A stretch of 64,000 nucleotides of DNA from Eledone cirrhosa (GCA_964016885.1 OZ024747.1:79980001-80044000); one strand, 5' to 3'; shown: positions 12,565-26,363, numbered from the stretch's first letter. A program made the numbers and translations. The notes: generated by a model not told the origin, from the letters alone.

Positions 12565-12755
12565 TCTCGTTGGAGGTGTCTTGGGTGATTTAATGATACG
12601 GACCCCAATCCTATCATCTCATTTCTACAGCTGAGTAAACTGGAGCAACGTGAAATACAGTGTCTAGCTCAAGGAAACAACACATCACCCGGTCTGCGAA
12701 TTAAACTCACAACCTTTCGATTGCAAGCTCAATGCTCTAACCACTAAGCCATGCG
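12565..12755 (-). mobile_element. tRNA-derived SINE (family 1)
   Basis: Homologous to 7745-7925. Confidence 0.7.
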
Positions 12756-13014
12756 CGTTAACTTAGTACAAAAGAGCTTCTAGGTATCGCCAAACCTACT
12801 AAAGATAACAGATAATTCGCATTCAAACTACTCATCTGTCATAAAAGTTTGAGTATACTCAATGAAAAATATCTCAATATATTTATGTCAGAAAAAAATA
12901 AGATATGATCCTAACTTATTTCGAGGTACATTTCAGTGTGTCGATTCATTGAAGCCATTAGTTACCATAAATTTTCTCTAGTCATGATAGTCAGTAAGCA
13001 TTATTAAAAAAATA

Positions 13015-13208
13015 GGGCGGTGGCTTGGCAGTATCGGTAGAGGGTCTAATGCCATGTTTTGCAGTAAAGAGTTACGGTAATTTAATGTCTGAGTTCAAAT
13101 CCCGCCGAGGTTAACTTTGCCTTTCATCCTTACGGGATGGATAAAATAAAGCACCAGTAATACACTGGGATAATTGCTGGCCTTGTGCCAAAAGTAGAAA
13201 CAATTATT
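13015..13208 (+). mobile_element. tRNA-derived SINE (family 2; GCCTTTCATCCT...GATAAAAT central domain)
   Basis: TGGCAGTATCGG A-box-like and GAGTTCAAATCCC B-box; copies at 36540, 49110 and 56005. Confidence 0.75.
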
Positions 13209-14511
13209 TAAAAAATGATGGGGAGAATGCTTTCAATCTTGTTGATTGCAATACATTTCTGTCGACGACGAGAAAACTGTATTCTGAAATTTACTACCAA
13301 CTAAAATATATCTAACTCAACCCTTCACTGTTGTCGTTGGGAATACATGTTTTGTCACTGATTGTAACTCAAACAGAGACAGGCCACTTAAGCTTCGAAT
13401 TAATTAGATACTTTACACACGCTCTGATCATAAAGCCCTAACCCACTTCCTTAAATAAGAGGGATCTGATTAGGGGTCCTTCTTTAATAAGAAGACAAAC
13501 AAGTTCTAGTGGGGTTTAGGGGATTGGACTCATCTTAAGGGCAGAAGAGCCTGCGTACCCCGAACTTGTATCCTCCAACGGCGGCTGATCATAAAGCCGT
13601 AACCCACATCCTTAAATAAGAGGGATCTGATTACGGGGTCCTTCTTTAATAAGAAGACAAACAAGTTTTCGTGGAAGACTCACCAATATTGAGAAGTAGC
13701 TCGAATATTTCCTTGCTTTAGTTCAGGAACCAAAGGTATTTTTCTGGCTAGGAGTGTGTCAGAGATGAAGCAGTATCTGAACTTAACATTGGGAAATGCG
13801 TTGATTTTATTGAGAATATACTTACGAGGTTAGCGAAAATGAAGATACACAGACCAAATTCTGCCTGGATTATGAACATCACTACCAGAGATGATCATGG
13901 CTTCAGTAAGTCGCTATATACAGTATTAACACGGTATTTAGATTTAACCACATAACCACACCTTATTACTGATTAGTCTCGAGGTGTCGAGAGGCAGTCA
14001 TGATGTTTCCATCGATGAACACCGAACGCTAAAAGCTTACTGGGTGGGGGTCGTCTTAAGGGTAGAAGACCCTGTGTACCTCGAACTTGTAAATAAGAAA
14101 TTATAGAAGAGAGATGCAAAAAGAAATAATATAAGCAATATGTTTAAATGCTTTTCAAAATAACCTCAGTGCAGTTATTTCCCTCAACTGCTCAAACAGA
14201 TGCAAACAGAAATAATTTTATACTTCTCATAAAAAATATTTCTAACCATTATAATGAGTATATACTGGATAAATTTATTGGTCAACAGTTACAAAATATT
14301 ACAGTGAAAAACGTTATGAAAACAAAATTCTTTATTATGATAAAAAATGTGACGTTCCTCCTTCGATAACTTTCTCTTCAAAATCATGAATGTATAGTTT
14401 TTGTTCATGTCTTAGTACTAGAGACTGGTCACGATATATCATGACGTGATATTTTTCACTTACGGATACGTCAATTTACTCCTATCGTAACGGAAAGAAG
14501 GAGGAATGAAC

Positions 14512-14800
14512 CTCTGTCGGTTTCGATAGTGAGTGTTCCAGTTTTGTATAATGGAACAACATTCTCATGAAATTAACGTATAAGTCGCGGTACCCTTAAC
14601 GTTATTCCCAGGGAAATTTAACGTGACAGTATGTGACAGGTAAAATTCATCCGACGGGCTTACTAACAGTTTCCGTCTACCCAATTTCCATCACAAGAGA
14701 TTGATCGACTGGAGCTATGTCAAATAACACCTGCTCAAGATGCCATACAGTGGGATCGAACATGGGACCTTGTGATTGCGAATCAAACTTCTTTACTATT
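14512..14800 (-). mobile_element. SINE (family 3), degenerate
   Basis: rc has GTTCGATCCCA (B-box-like); the body resembles 52040-52270. Confidence 0.5.
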
Positions 14801-15530
14801 CGGTCATATTGCGTCATTCATACTGTAACACAGACTGATACACACACACACACACACACATATAGACACACACACAATTACACACACATACACACATATA
14901 GACATACATACACGTACATATACACACAGAGTGCATGTAATTTATCTAATCACTATGTGCTTTCGCTTACCATGTAGCGTGCTTACTATAGTGTGACTAC
15001 AGGCATAAACGCAATTGATAAGAAAACAACATAACTTTCATATACCGAAACATCTGCATGCCCAAATCATAATGTACATAAGTTGCAAACATTCCTACCA
15101 GGTCTTCGATAAACCAACGGGTCGTAGTTTATTGTTCCTTTTCTCCCTCCAGTCATAGAGGCCATGTAAAGAGGTCATTGATGGTGCCCTTTTTTTCTTT
15201 GACTAAGCCATAAAAACATTCTTTCTTTGACTGTAACCATTTCACTGGCATTGTTAGTCTTCGAGAAAGAGCTGAACGTAACAAAACAATTTACTGTTTC
15301 CATATAACTAAAATATCAACTTTCATATCTGTTTAAATATATTAGTCTTCATGTTTATGTAACAAAACATTATTTATAACAGACCATACTATTGTCTACT
15401 CATGTGTCCACTTTTGTATCGAATATTTATTACCATTAACTAAAATTCTCTTTCTCTCCCTCGCGCGCGCTCACGCATATATATATATATAACAAAATAA
15501 GTGAATATGTATATAGTTAAATATATATTG

Positions 15531-15561
<31 letters not shown>

Positions 15562-16334
15562 TGTATGTATGTATGTATGTATGTATGTATGTATGTATGC
15601 ATGTATGTATGTATGTATGTATGTATGTATGTACGTATGTACGTACATATGTATGAATTTACGTATGTAGTCCCACCTCTCTCTGTATATATATATATAT
15701 ATACATATATATGTCTTTGTGTGTGTGTGTGCGTGTGTGTGTTTGTGTGTGTCTATGTGTGTGTGTGTGTGTGTGTCTCTGTGTGTCTGTGTGTCTGTGT
15801 TTGTGTGTGTATGTGTGTGTGAACGTGCGACACATATTTCTTTCATCAGACTTAACTACAATTATTGCAATGTCTCCTAATGTTTTCAACGCCATTTAAT
15901 GTTTCCTGTTTGTACTAAAGTAACCTTGTTTTGCAAACAAAGCTATTGAAAGTCCGAAAACATTTCCAATATGACCTCATAACAAAGCTCGAATCAGATG
16001 TCAGTTGTTCCTTTGAAGTTTTGTTTGTGATGGAGGTGAAAGCTCTTCAAAATCTGTCTTATTTTGATCGGCATTGCATAATGTATAGCATTTTAAACAA
16101 CTGAAATAGTGAATCAATGAAACAAAAGAAATAAATGTAAGCCCTCTAATCATTCACTTTCTTCTTTTCACCATCACGTCTACCGATATCGTTCCTTCAA
16201 CAAATAGTTGAGATCAGTCCTTTTAAAAGTTTAAATCATTATGGTTTCTGGCCATATATGAAAAGCACTTAAACTCCATTGTTTTTGACAGCCAACGTAA
16301 ATAAGCTAGCTATGATGTCTCTCTTTCTTTATAT

Positions 16335-16418
<84 letters not shown>

Positions 16419-16439
16419 ACATATATATATATATATATC

Positions 16440-16606
16440 TATTCGATATGTCTCATAAGAAATAATACAGTCAATTTTCCACACAATACATTTAGTTAGC
16501 ACCCCGAACGTTTAATTAGGAATATACTCACTTATTTCCTAATGTTTGTCGAGTGAGTTGGAATTTGGCCGGAGTATCGCAAAAAAGCTTTCTCCGATAA
16601 TGTATT

Positions 16607-16608
<2 letters not shown>
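16440..16608. repeat. Interspersed repeat between (TA)n arrays; inverted homolog at 26440-26605 (probable PLE 3' tail)
   Basis: ~165 bp of reverse-complement similarity; both copies abut (TA)n. Confidence 0.55.
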
Positions 16609-16678
<70 letters not shown>

Positions 16679-19600
16679 CGCTTGAGAATCAGTGATAAAG
16701 TAAAAAATATATCCTATAAACTGACTGTAATGACTATAGTAACCAATAAAAAGCACTTCAATTTTTAGCTGGTTTAGTAATGTTGTTAGGAACCTGGATC
16801 CTATTACATTCAGTGTCTCCAGAAGTGTACTTTGGGGTTTGAGGTGCCCTCTATTGTGACTGTAAAAATGGAATGAACTATTGTGACGAGAAAGCAGTAT
16901 ATGATGATAACATTTTCTGTATTTCTATAAAGATGTTTTAGGCAGTAGCTGTTGTATTCTAAATTTAAGTATGATAATGGTTTAATTACATTGACTCAAC
17001 GAAACAAGTGTTTCTGTGTCTCGAAGCATTTAAGCCATAATAATATCGTTTTCTTTTTCTGGCTTAAATATATTGAAGTCTACTTCATTGAATATATTCA
17101 AACATTTTAAGACGAGCGAGTAGTTTGAATAAGATTTATTTGTTATCTTTGGCAGGGTGAGCGATATGTAGATTAAAATATTAAGGTCCTGCATATTGAG
17201 TTCGTAACACAGTTTTGTATCCTTGAAACCATTTCATGTCACTTACGATGTTAATGCTCGTAAGAAAGACTTAAAAATTACAGCAGCCCATTTTCCCTTA
17301 TATTTTTAAATATGAGGAAATATGTCTTGCTAAAAGATTAATTTAGACTTTTTAAGTAGGATGTGTTAAATGATCGTTCACTTGAGCCGAGGGTTAGTGG
17401 CTGATGAGATACATAAGCTGGTTAAGATTACCATAACGACAGCAGTGTGGTAATGTGGAAACTACTTTGTTTTCATTAATGAGATTTGGTGAAGAAAGTT
17501 GAGTTAAAGTTAAGTTAAAATAGTGTCAAACTGTCTGCTAAATCGTTGATGCCTTATATCTTTTCCCCGGTACTGAACGTAGTCAGCGAGGAGGTGTATG
17601 CCTCTCAACGGAAACTATTAGCAGTTAAGTGTTTGGAGAATGACACAACATGGTTCCATTCCCCAAGCAGAAATCGCTGACCTACAAAACAGTGGGCCGT
17701 CACTCTATCAATTCACGATTTCCTTCTATTAACTACCGAAACGTTTTGCAACCAGCATTATAATCTAAGTATTACATTTACAAAAGATTATCACAACACA
17801 GACACCTTCATAAACAATTCTTTCATGTAATAAACTTTGTAGTTTCAAAACTGTTTAATGTACCTTACATTAGAAATTGATAAGATAACAAGTCCATTTT
17901 CACAATATGGCGAATGAAGTTGAAATGATTTTCAGTTGGCTGCTTCAAGTAAATACACTGGCAGTTTAGCTTCATAGTTGTGTTGAATACTGATGATGCA
18001 TAAGAAATCTACATAGGTTTTTCATTATGTAACGTTGTCAAAAGGCCAAATTTGGTTTTCAAATGCCACAAAGTTTAAAGAATTTATTTTTGTGATTAAA
18101 CCTCTAGGTTTTATCTCAGATTTCTGTGTAAGAAAAATTTCTATGTGTTTATTTTCTTTAAACAACTTTATCCATAAAGGTTGCAAGATCTTTTCTTTTT
18201 CTTACACAACAGTAGCATGAATTATGCTATGAAATACATGATATTCCAAACAACATTATAAGTACTTTTAATCTTGGAATCTTCCTGATCATTGCTCCAA
18301 ACTACGACAAGCAATAGTTTTAATTTTTAACTCCATTGGAATAGATACTAACTATTTATTTACTGAATACCTAAGCCGTATACCTATAAGATATTTTGTC
18401 ACTCTCAACTTCATAATTTTTACGTGGTTCAGTCTTTTCCACTCGGCGTAATTATTTCTAAATAGATTTTGGATCTCCCCTGCAATAATATGGTTAACAG
18501 TCACTTGATTCACGATTCTTTCCACGAACTTGGTGTTTCTGAGCTATTAGCCTCAGTCAGAACCAATATACTAGGTTAAAAACTCAGAGAAACTTACTTT
18601 TAAACCGAGCCCATGATCAACAACAGTCTAGGACCGGTAATTCGATAAGAACTATTGAATCGTCGACCAAAATGTGAGCGTTTCAGCAGGCTATGATTGT
18701 ATTTGAAGTATTAAAACAGTTCATATTGTGACATAATTGCTGTAATGGGTATGACGGAATAAGTACGGTTAAGAAGTAGTGGATGAACACAATCTGGTCC
18801 TCAAAATATTTTGTTCACATAATCTTTCTTTTATATGGTTCCAAAGGTCATATTTCTAACATAACGTTCATAAATTTAGTTTCAAATCTCCAATCTGGAA
18901 ATACATCAAATGTTAGAAACACACAAACACAAACACATGTAAGCTCGACTGAACTTCATTATATACAGTTGAATACTTCTGTTTGCAGAAAGCTATTTCT
19001 AGTATCCAAATTGAAATCCTCAATTACTGAAAAATAGTCTCCCCCAGACTGGCATCTCTACTCTTTATTACACGAATTCAAAGTCCTCAGAGGCGATTCT
19101 ACTACGTTATAAAGATTACAGGACTGAATTACATCCAAGACATTTGACTCGTGTTTGCTCAGTCAACCGAATTATAAATATATATTATAAATGAGTACAG
19201 TTTGTTGCTATAAGTAGGGAGACGGGAAAAGTGTAAAATTTACAAATGTTTCCTTAATTTGTGACGCTACGTTCTATTATTCCCAAGAGTCTAGACCATG
19301 TTTGAAGCAACTCACATCGATGTTGCATATAAACCAATTGTTTCCTCATCACACCAAAGTAGATTTTGTATAAATGAATAAAATATACATTTTATGCTAG
19401 TTGGTTGGTTATGGCAACCATACATACCGACATATACACATACACACAGACACATTTATATATGGCGTTAATGTTGGATTTCACTGGCTATTAATGTTGG
19501 TCTTGATGATCTCATTTTGTTTTATAGACACCTAGTCTCAGTGTCACAATGGTAAAATAGATTAGAAATCAGCTTTTCCGTTGAAAATCTTTATATGTAA

Positions 19601-19902
19601 ATGGATGGGCTTTGAAGAATCTAATGTTGACATGCCTCAAACGGAATCAATATGCAAATTTGAGGCATGTTAGTTTGCTGTGAGAAACCAAAATACATTA
19701 TATTTCTGGTTCTGGCAGAGTTACCCATTCTCCGATGCAGAAAGTTTGAGGTGAAAGTAGACTGGGTATGTATGTATGTATGTATGTATGTATGTATGTA
19801 TGTATGTATGTATGTATGTATGTATGTATGTATGTATGTATGTATGTATGTATGTATGTATGTATGTATGTATGTATGTATGTATGTATGTATGTATATA
19901 TG

Positions 19903-20511
19903 TCAGGTCACCAGTTGGTGCTACTGGTAACATGTATCCCAGTACAACCTGTCTCATGGTCGGGTCGTTGGCGACTAAACTGGCAACCCCACCAAGGTTT
20001 CTTGGTGAGGAGGGTGACTTTGGACATCCTGCAGGACTAAAAACAAAACCTGTCAAAGGGAAAAGGAGCTCTTAAGAGTCAATGGCCATCCAAAATCACT
20101 GGGAGAGATGACCCCTTAGCCTTTGTCAAGGCAGAATTCTAGGAGAAGGAAAACTCTGATATAACACCTGCAACCCTGATGGTATCCAATGATGTTGACT
20201 TGTTCTTCTTTTTGGTAAATATCATCTTGGTTAAGAGAGTGGGACTGGCTTTGTGCAGTGCCTTTTCTCACTATAAAAGCTTCACGGCACTGGCATTGCT
20301 TTATATCTGGAGATCTCTCTGCACTTGTCATCACATGGTACCATGGGCCCAGCACTATGTGTCAATAATTGTCACAAGTGTAGTGTTTGTACCAGAGTTT
20401 TCAAGTCGCTGGCTGGACTAAAAAGTCACACTCGTTCAGCGCATCGGTAGGGGTTCTCGTACATGGATATAAAGTAGTGGCCGTACTCGAAAACGAGTTG
20501 GCAGCCTCCAT
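19903..20511 (+). mobile_element. Non-autonomous RTE-like element, longest copy
   Basis: Homolog of 4079-4636 with ~45 bp extra at the 5' end; flanked by (TATG)n. Confidence 0.65.
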
Positions 20512-20526
20512 GTATGTATGTATGTA

Positions 20527-20797
20527 AGCTGGACTCGAAAGTCATCTTCGCAGTCATAAAGTAAGACCAGTGGTTGACTACCAGGCTGCTGTTGGAGATG
20601 TTACTCATCATGCTTGCCAAACATGTGGTAGAGAATGTAAATCAGCAGGAGGGCTCAAGCGACATGCAAAAGTACACGAACTCCAACCACAGCCGACTAT
20701 TCCCAGTGAATGTTTTGGTTGCCGACTCTGTGCAAGACATTTTAGATCATTGGCTGGGCTAAAAAGCCACATTCGATCGCAGCACTGTTAGTTGCTA

Positions 20798-20800
<3 letters not shown>
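20527..20800 (+). mobile_element. 3' end of an RTE-like LINE encoding tandem C2H2 zinc fingers, followed by (TG)n
   Basis: CQTCGRECKSAGGLKRHAKVH...CRLCARHFRSLAGLKSHIRSQH*; stop is 9 nt before (TG)n. Confidence 0.55.
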
Positions 20801-20871
<71 letters not shown>

Positions 20872-20950
20872 GCTTATGTGCGTGCGTGTGTGTGTATATA
20901 TATATGAATATGTATATTATTATTGTTGTTGTCGTTATTATTATTATTGC

Positions 20951-21012
<62 letters not shown>

Positions 21013-21121
21013 TTATTATTGTTATTAATGTATGTGTGTGTATATGTGTGAGTGTATGTGTATGTATGTGTGTATGTATATATGTATGTATGTATATATA
21101 TACATATATATATATATATAT

Positions 21122-21313
21122 AGTACGTTATTCCGGGTTGAATCGGAGGTAACCACAGTAAGTAAGGTACTCAATACATTGCAGAGTATAAAAGTTTTAA
21201 TATAGATGAGATTCTACAGGACTAGAACTGTTTCATTCTTTAGAAATCATCAGGAATCTGAGATTCCTGATGATTTCTAAAGAATGAAACAGTTCTAGTC
21301 CTGTAGAATCTCA

Positions 21314-21316
<3 letters not shown>
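21122..21316. mobile_element. PLE pseudo-LTR fold-back unit: 113-bp palindrome (21204-21316) plus tail, between microsatellites
   Basis: Perfect 56-bp arms around G21260; each arm is a hammerhead. Confidence 0.75.
21260..21312 (+). ncRNA. Canonical type-I hammerhead ribozyme (mirror copy on minus strand, 21208-21260)
   Basis: gagattc CTGATGA tttc taaa gaat GAAA cag ttctagtc ct GTA gaatctc; 7-bp stem I, 4-bp stem III. Confidence 0.8.
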
Positions 21317-21348
<32 letters not shown>

Positions 21349-21651
21349 TTCTTTTTTTTTTTTTTTTTTTAAATATATTTATTATTATTATTATTATTTT
21401 TTTTTTTATTTTATTTTATTTTATTTTATTTTATTTTATTTATTTATCTATTTATTTTATTTATTTATTTTTTCTTCTCGTGCAATGGCCATATTCGATA
21501 ACGAGGGGGCAGCCATCATGTATGTATGTATGTATGTATGTATGTATGTATGTATGTATGTATGTATGTATGTATGTATGTATGTATGTATGTATGTATG
21601 TATGTATGTATCTATGTATGTATGAATGTATATATGTATGTATATATGTAT

Positions 21652-22857
21652 GTTCTTCTGGTTTTATAATTTCACAAAGTTTTACCAATAGAGAGAGAGT
21701 CGGTTTGTAACATAGACACAAGACTCTCTCATTGGAATTTACACAACATCAACTCGGTAGCATGCATGTTTAGATATGCATGCATGTTTAGATATGGATG
21801 TTATTGTATGTGTGGATGTGTATGTTTTGAGTTGTATGTGTGCATGTGTATATGCTTTGTATCTGTACAAGTGTATATGCAGTTATTAGATGCAAAATGT
21901 TTGGAATGTTTTACATATTTTTACTGTTCCATTAATGGATTGTACTTGTAATTTCCTAACTAGTTGTGTTCTTTCTGTTCCTGTGAAGCCTAGCTTCTCA
22001 AGATTTGTATTGAGGCAGTTACTAACATATCCCAGTGCCCCAATAATCACAGGCATAAATCTGAAGGTGTAATCAGGGTGGAGTATCTGCAGATTTCTCA
22101 TCAGTTCTGCATAAATATTCTCCTTTTCGCTAATCTTTGATATTATATTGGCATCTGCTGGGCAGCTAATTTCCACTACTGTGCATGCTTTCTTCTCCCT
22201 GTCCCATATCATAATATCTGGTCGGTTATTCCTGCATTTTATTGGGGTTTTTCCTGGAACATTCCACCAGTACTCTTTCATATTATGTCTTCCACATTGC
22301 TGTAGCTTTTAATGTGTTTATTATCGGGGCTATCTTTTTTACGGACTGCATCGTACAGTGTTTTGGCCACTACATCATGCCTCATAGGTAGATAGTACCG
22401 CGATGACATCTTTGGACAGCTGCTGATGACATGGGTGACATCCTCGATGTTAGTTCTGCAGAGTCTGCACTTGTTATCACTTCTAGGTGTTTTGCCTGCA
22501 TCCCTATCTCTTTTGTGAATCAGGTATTTCGTGTTAATCTCCTGTTCTTGGATAGCAAAAGCGTATCCTTCAAAGTGGGAGCCAATACAGCGGTTGTTGG
22601 TCCAAGATAGACTACTTTCCTTATCTATATTACTCACACTCTGGAGCTTCCTGGCAACATATCCATGCATGATTTTTTGTTGATAAGCATGCAGTTTTTC
22701 ATCCATGGATTTACTGCGATACTGTTGAGCGACTTCCCTGGGTGTGAGTTTTTGATTATCGCACAGGGAATATCTCTCGAGGAGTTCCTTCCCAACTCTC
22801 ATGATCTTATCTGTTTCATGCAGATAGACTTGTTCGAGAAACGGGCTCCTACGCTTC
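21652..22857 (-). mobile_element. 5'-truncated R4/Dong-like LINE (CCHC + RLE endonuclease, one frameshift) in (CATA)n
   Basis: ORFs 22278..22802 and 21886..22281: AIQEQ, CRLC...HVISSC, RHD, RPDI, VEISCP...K..Y; flanked by (TATG)n on both sides. Confidence 0.85.
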
Positions 22858-22936
22858 GTATGTATGTATGTATGTATGTATGTATGTATGTATGTATGTA
22901 TGTATGTATGTATGTATGTATGTATGTATGTATGTA

Positions 22937-23200
22937 TGTTGTGGTTTTATAAATTCACAAATATTTGCCAATAGAGAGAGAGTCGGTTTCTAACATAGAC
23001 ACAAGACTCTCTCATTGGAATTTACACAACATCAATTAGGTAGATATGCATGCATGTCTGCATGCATGTGTAGGTATGGATGTTATTGTATGTGTGGATG
23101 TGTATGTTTTGAGTTATATGTGTGCATGTGCATATGCTTTGTATCTGTACAAGTGTATATGCAGTTATTAGATGCAGAATTTTTAGAATGTTTTACATAT
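22937..23200 (-). mobile_element. 3' UTR fragment of the same CATA-associated LINE
   Basis: Homologous to 21652-21918. Confidence 0.75.
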
Positions 23201-23207
23201 GTATGTA

Positions 23208-23700
23208 TGTCTCTTTCTCTTAATTTCGAGTATATTTTTTTTGACCGGCCACTTTCCTGGTGGCAAGGTTGTAAAAGAAAAGAAATTGTCATCCCTTGAA
23301 TCGCAAGAATATTTTGCAAATTTTGAAGGTGCCAGCTATCGCAGCCATTTGTAGACTATGAATTAGGGAGCTGCGCTTTTTGTCCGCAAATCCAAGTTCA
23401 GTCATACTTTGGTCCAAGCGGGTTGGTATATAACCCGTAGCTCCAATAATGATGGGTATGAAGCTAAAGGTGTATCTTGGATACTGGATTTGTAAACTCC
23501 TCATCAATGGTCCGTAGATGTCCTCCTTCTCCTGTATTTTTCTGACAACGTTTACATCAAGTGGGCAGCTGATCTCCACAACAGAACACGTTTTCAATGT
23601 GTGGTCCCAAACAACAATATCAGGCCGGTTGTGCTTTAATTTGGTGGCAGTTTTTATTTTCAGGTTCCACCAGTATTCCTTAGTGTTCCTTAGTGTTCCT
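23208..23700 (-). mobile_element. RLE-domain 3' end of a second CATA-associated R4-like family (3' UTR copy also at 23955-24062)
   Basis: EYWWNLKIKTATKLKHNRPDIVVWD...VEISCPLD...KEDIYG...PIIIGATG. Confidence 0.8.
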
Positions 23701-24679
23701 TATGTATGTATGTATGTATGTATGTATGTATGTATGTATGTATGTATGTATGTATGTATGTATGTATGTATGTATGTATGTATGTATGTGTCAATAATTG
23801 TCACAAGTATAGTGTTTGTACCAGAGTTTTCAAGTCGCTGGCTGGACTAAAAAGTCACACTCGTTCAGCGCATGGGTAGGGGTTATCCTACATGGATATA
23901 AAGTAGTGGCCGTACTCGAAAACGAGTTGGCAGCCACCATGTATGTATGTATGTATATTCTCTTTCTATTAATTTCGAGTACATTTTTGACCGGCTACCT
24001 TCCTGGTGGCAAGGTTGAAAAGAAATTGTCATTCCTTGAATCGCAAAAATGTTTTGCAAATTTTGACATGCCTCAAAAGGAATCAATAAGCAAATCTGAG
24101 GATTGTTAGTTTGCTGTGAGAAACCACTGTCAAGCCGAATATTCCTGAGAGATGTATCTGTGGAATGCTCAGCCACTTAGATGTTAATATCATCAACAGT
24201 ACTAGCCCACAGCCCTGTCCCCACCAACGACAACTCTACCATGACAATCACCACCACCACCACCACCACCACTACTACGTGCTAGGCGCTGTGACACATG
24301 TGCTTTCAACAACACATTTCTCTCAGTCTTCTTAAGTATTTTGAAGTGAAACTTACCAATTTCTGGATACCTGCAGAAGAGCACAGGAATAGTAACTTTC
24401 ACTTAATTGTTGCGAAACAAATTTAAAATTTAAAATTTGTCCAGGTATCACGGCTATTGCCAATATAGGTTTGTTTTTATCGATTTATTATTTTAAATCG
24501 AGACAGGCAAACCATATTATTTTAATTAGTATTTTTCAATCTAGCTAACTTGGTCATTTGCAATGCAAACACATGTATACTTGTATCAGTGTTTATCCCT
24601 ATCATATATTCATTTGTATATATATATTAATATATATATATACATATATATATACATATACATATATATATATACATAT

Positions 24680-24760
<81 letters not shown>

Positions 24761-24794
24761 CATACATATATATATATATATATAGATGTATGTA

Positions 24795-24842
<48 letters not shown>

Positions 24843-24864
24843 GATGTATGTGTGTGTGTGTATA

Positions 24865-24927
<63 letters not shown>

Positions 24928-24938
24928 TATATATATAA

Positions 24939-25029
<91 letters not shown>

Positions 25030-25366
25030 CACTCCTCCTATAGTGTACATCCTGTGTCTAATGGAAAACCGTAATGACACACAGATATAGAACTGACTAT
25101 TAATTATACTTTGGCGATGTGGTTAACCATGTAACACGCATCCAAGACACTTTTATTGTCTACTTCTTACAGCTGATATTTTACTAGGCTTTCTTGGGTT
25201 TCTTTACTCCTTACCTCCTGTAGGGACGTGTACGTATGTGTGCTTGTGTTTGTGTATGTATGTCTGGTCGTGTGTGTGTATCTGTGTGTATCTGAGCTGA
25301 GTGTATATGTGTGTCTGTGTGTCAGTATGTAACTGTATATATATATTTATATATATATATATATAT

Positions 25367-26358
25367 ATAAAAGAAAAACACAGGTAAGCATTAAGAGAAG
25401 GATTTTATCCAGGTATTTACGACCGTTTCATTGGTAAGTGCAACCTTATATTGCTATACTGCAAATAGCAGCAACTCAATTATAATTGTTGTTCACGTAA
25501 GTGCAAATCGAACCCTTCACCTCTTACTACCAACTGACAAACTGCATATACTTAGACTTTATACCCTCTTATTGTATCTAAATCCTTTTAATTACCCACA
25601 AAAACCAATACCTATATCCCTCCCTTCTCCTTCATTCCTCTTCTATTTCTTCGTTTTCTTCCTTCCTTCCCTCCCCTTTTTGGCTATCTTTTCCTTTCTT
25701 CTTTCTCCCCCCTTCTTTGCTTTTATTTTTGTCATTATCATCTTTATCTTTATTTTTTATATATATATATATTTTATATATATATATTTATCTCTTTCTC
25801 TATCCATCCCTCCCACTATGATCAATTTAATTCTCTTTAACTCACTACATTCCACGACATGAAGTCTACATATCAAAACTGATCAAGGAATGCTTCCACC
25901 TCAGTTTGTCACTCTACTTCCTAACTCTTCTCCCCCTTCCTCTCTCTCTATACTATTCCGTTTGTCCCCTCACTTTCTAATTCCTCTTCCCCTCTCTCTA
26001 TACTAGTAAATACAATTCTCAAAAAATGTTTTTCTCTAAATATTAAGAACTATTTCAAGAGTAACTTACATACTATTTTGAAAATTTGGACTTGATCAAC
26101 AATTATAATTGAGTGGCTGCTATTTGCAGTATAGCCATATAAGGTTGCACTTACCAATGAAACGGTCGTAAATGCTTGGATAAAATCCTTCTCTTAATGC
26201 TTACCTGTGTTTTCTCTTTTATACTTTATACTCCAAGATTGAACGGAATTCTTACAAACTTGTGGAGTTACCCCTAACCGTACGTTGAAACCATCCATGA
26301 AACTGGCTTTCTTAACCACGAACTGGAACTGGATCACAATAAGCAATTTTCTGCTTCC

Positions 26359-26363
<5 letters not shown>
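25367..26363. mobile_element. Inverted-repeat unit (arms 25367-25495 / 26093-26223 plus tail) in (TA)n; probable PLE pseudo-LTR derivative
   Basis: ~130-bp reverse-complement arms containing GAAAC ggtc GTA; only the right arm has a tail. Confidence 0.55.

Noticed and set aside
17990-18020. CTGATGA tgcataa GAAA motif
   Set aside because: No stem I or II pairing; likely chance
19903-20050. HDV-like or twister ribozyme at the 5' end of the RTE-like element
   Set aside because: A P1-like pairing exists, but the L3/P1.1 and J4/2 residues and the twister core could not be fitted
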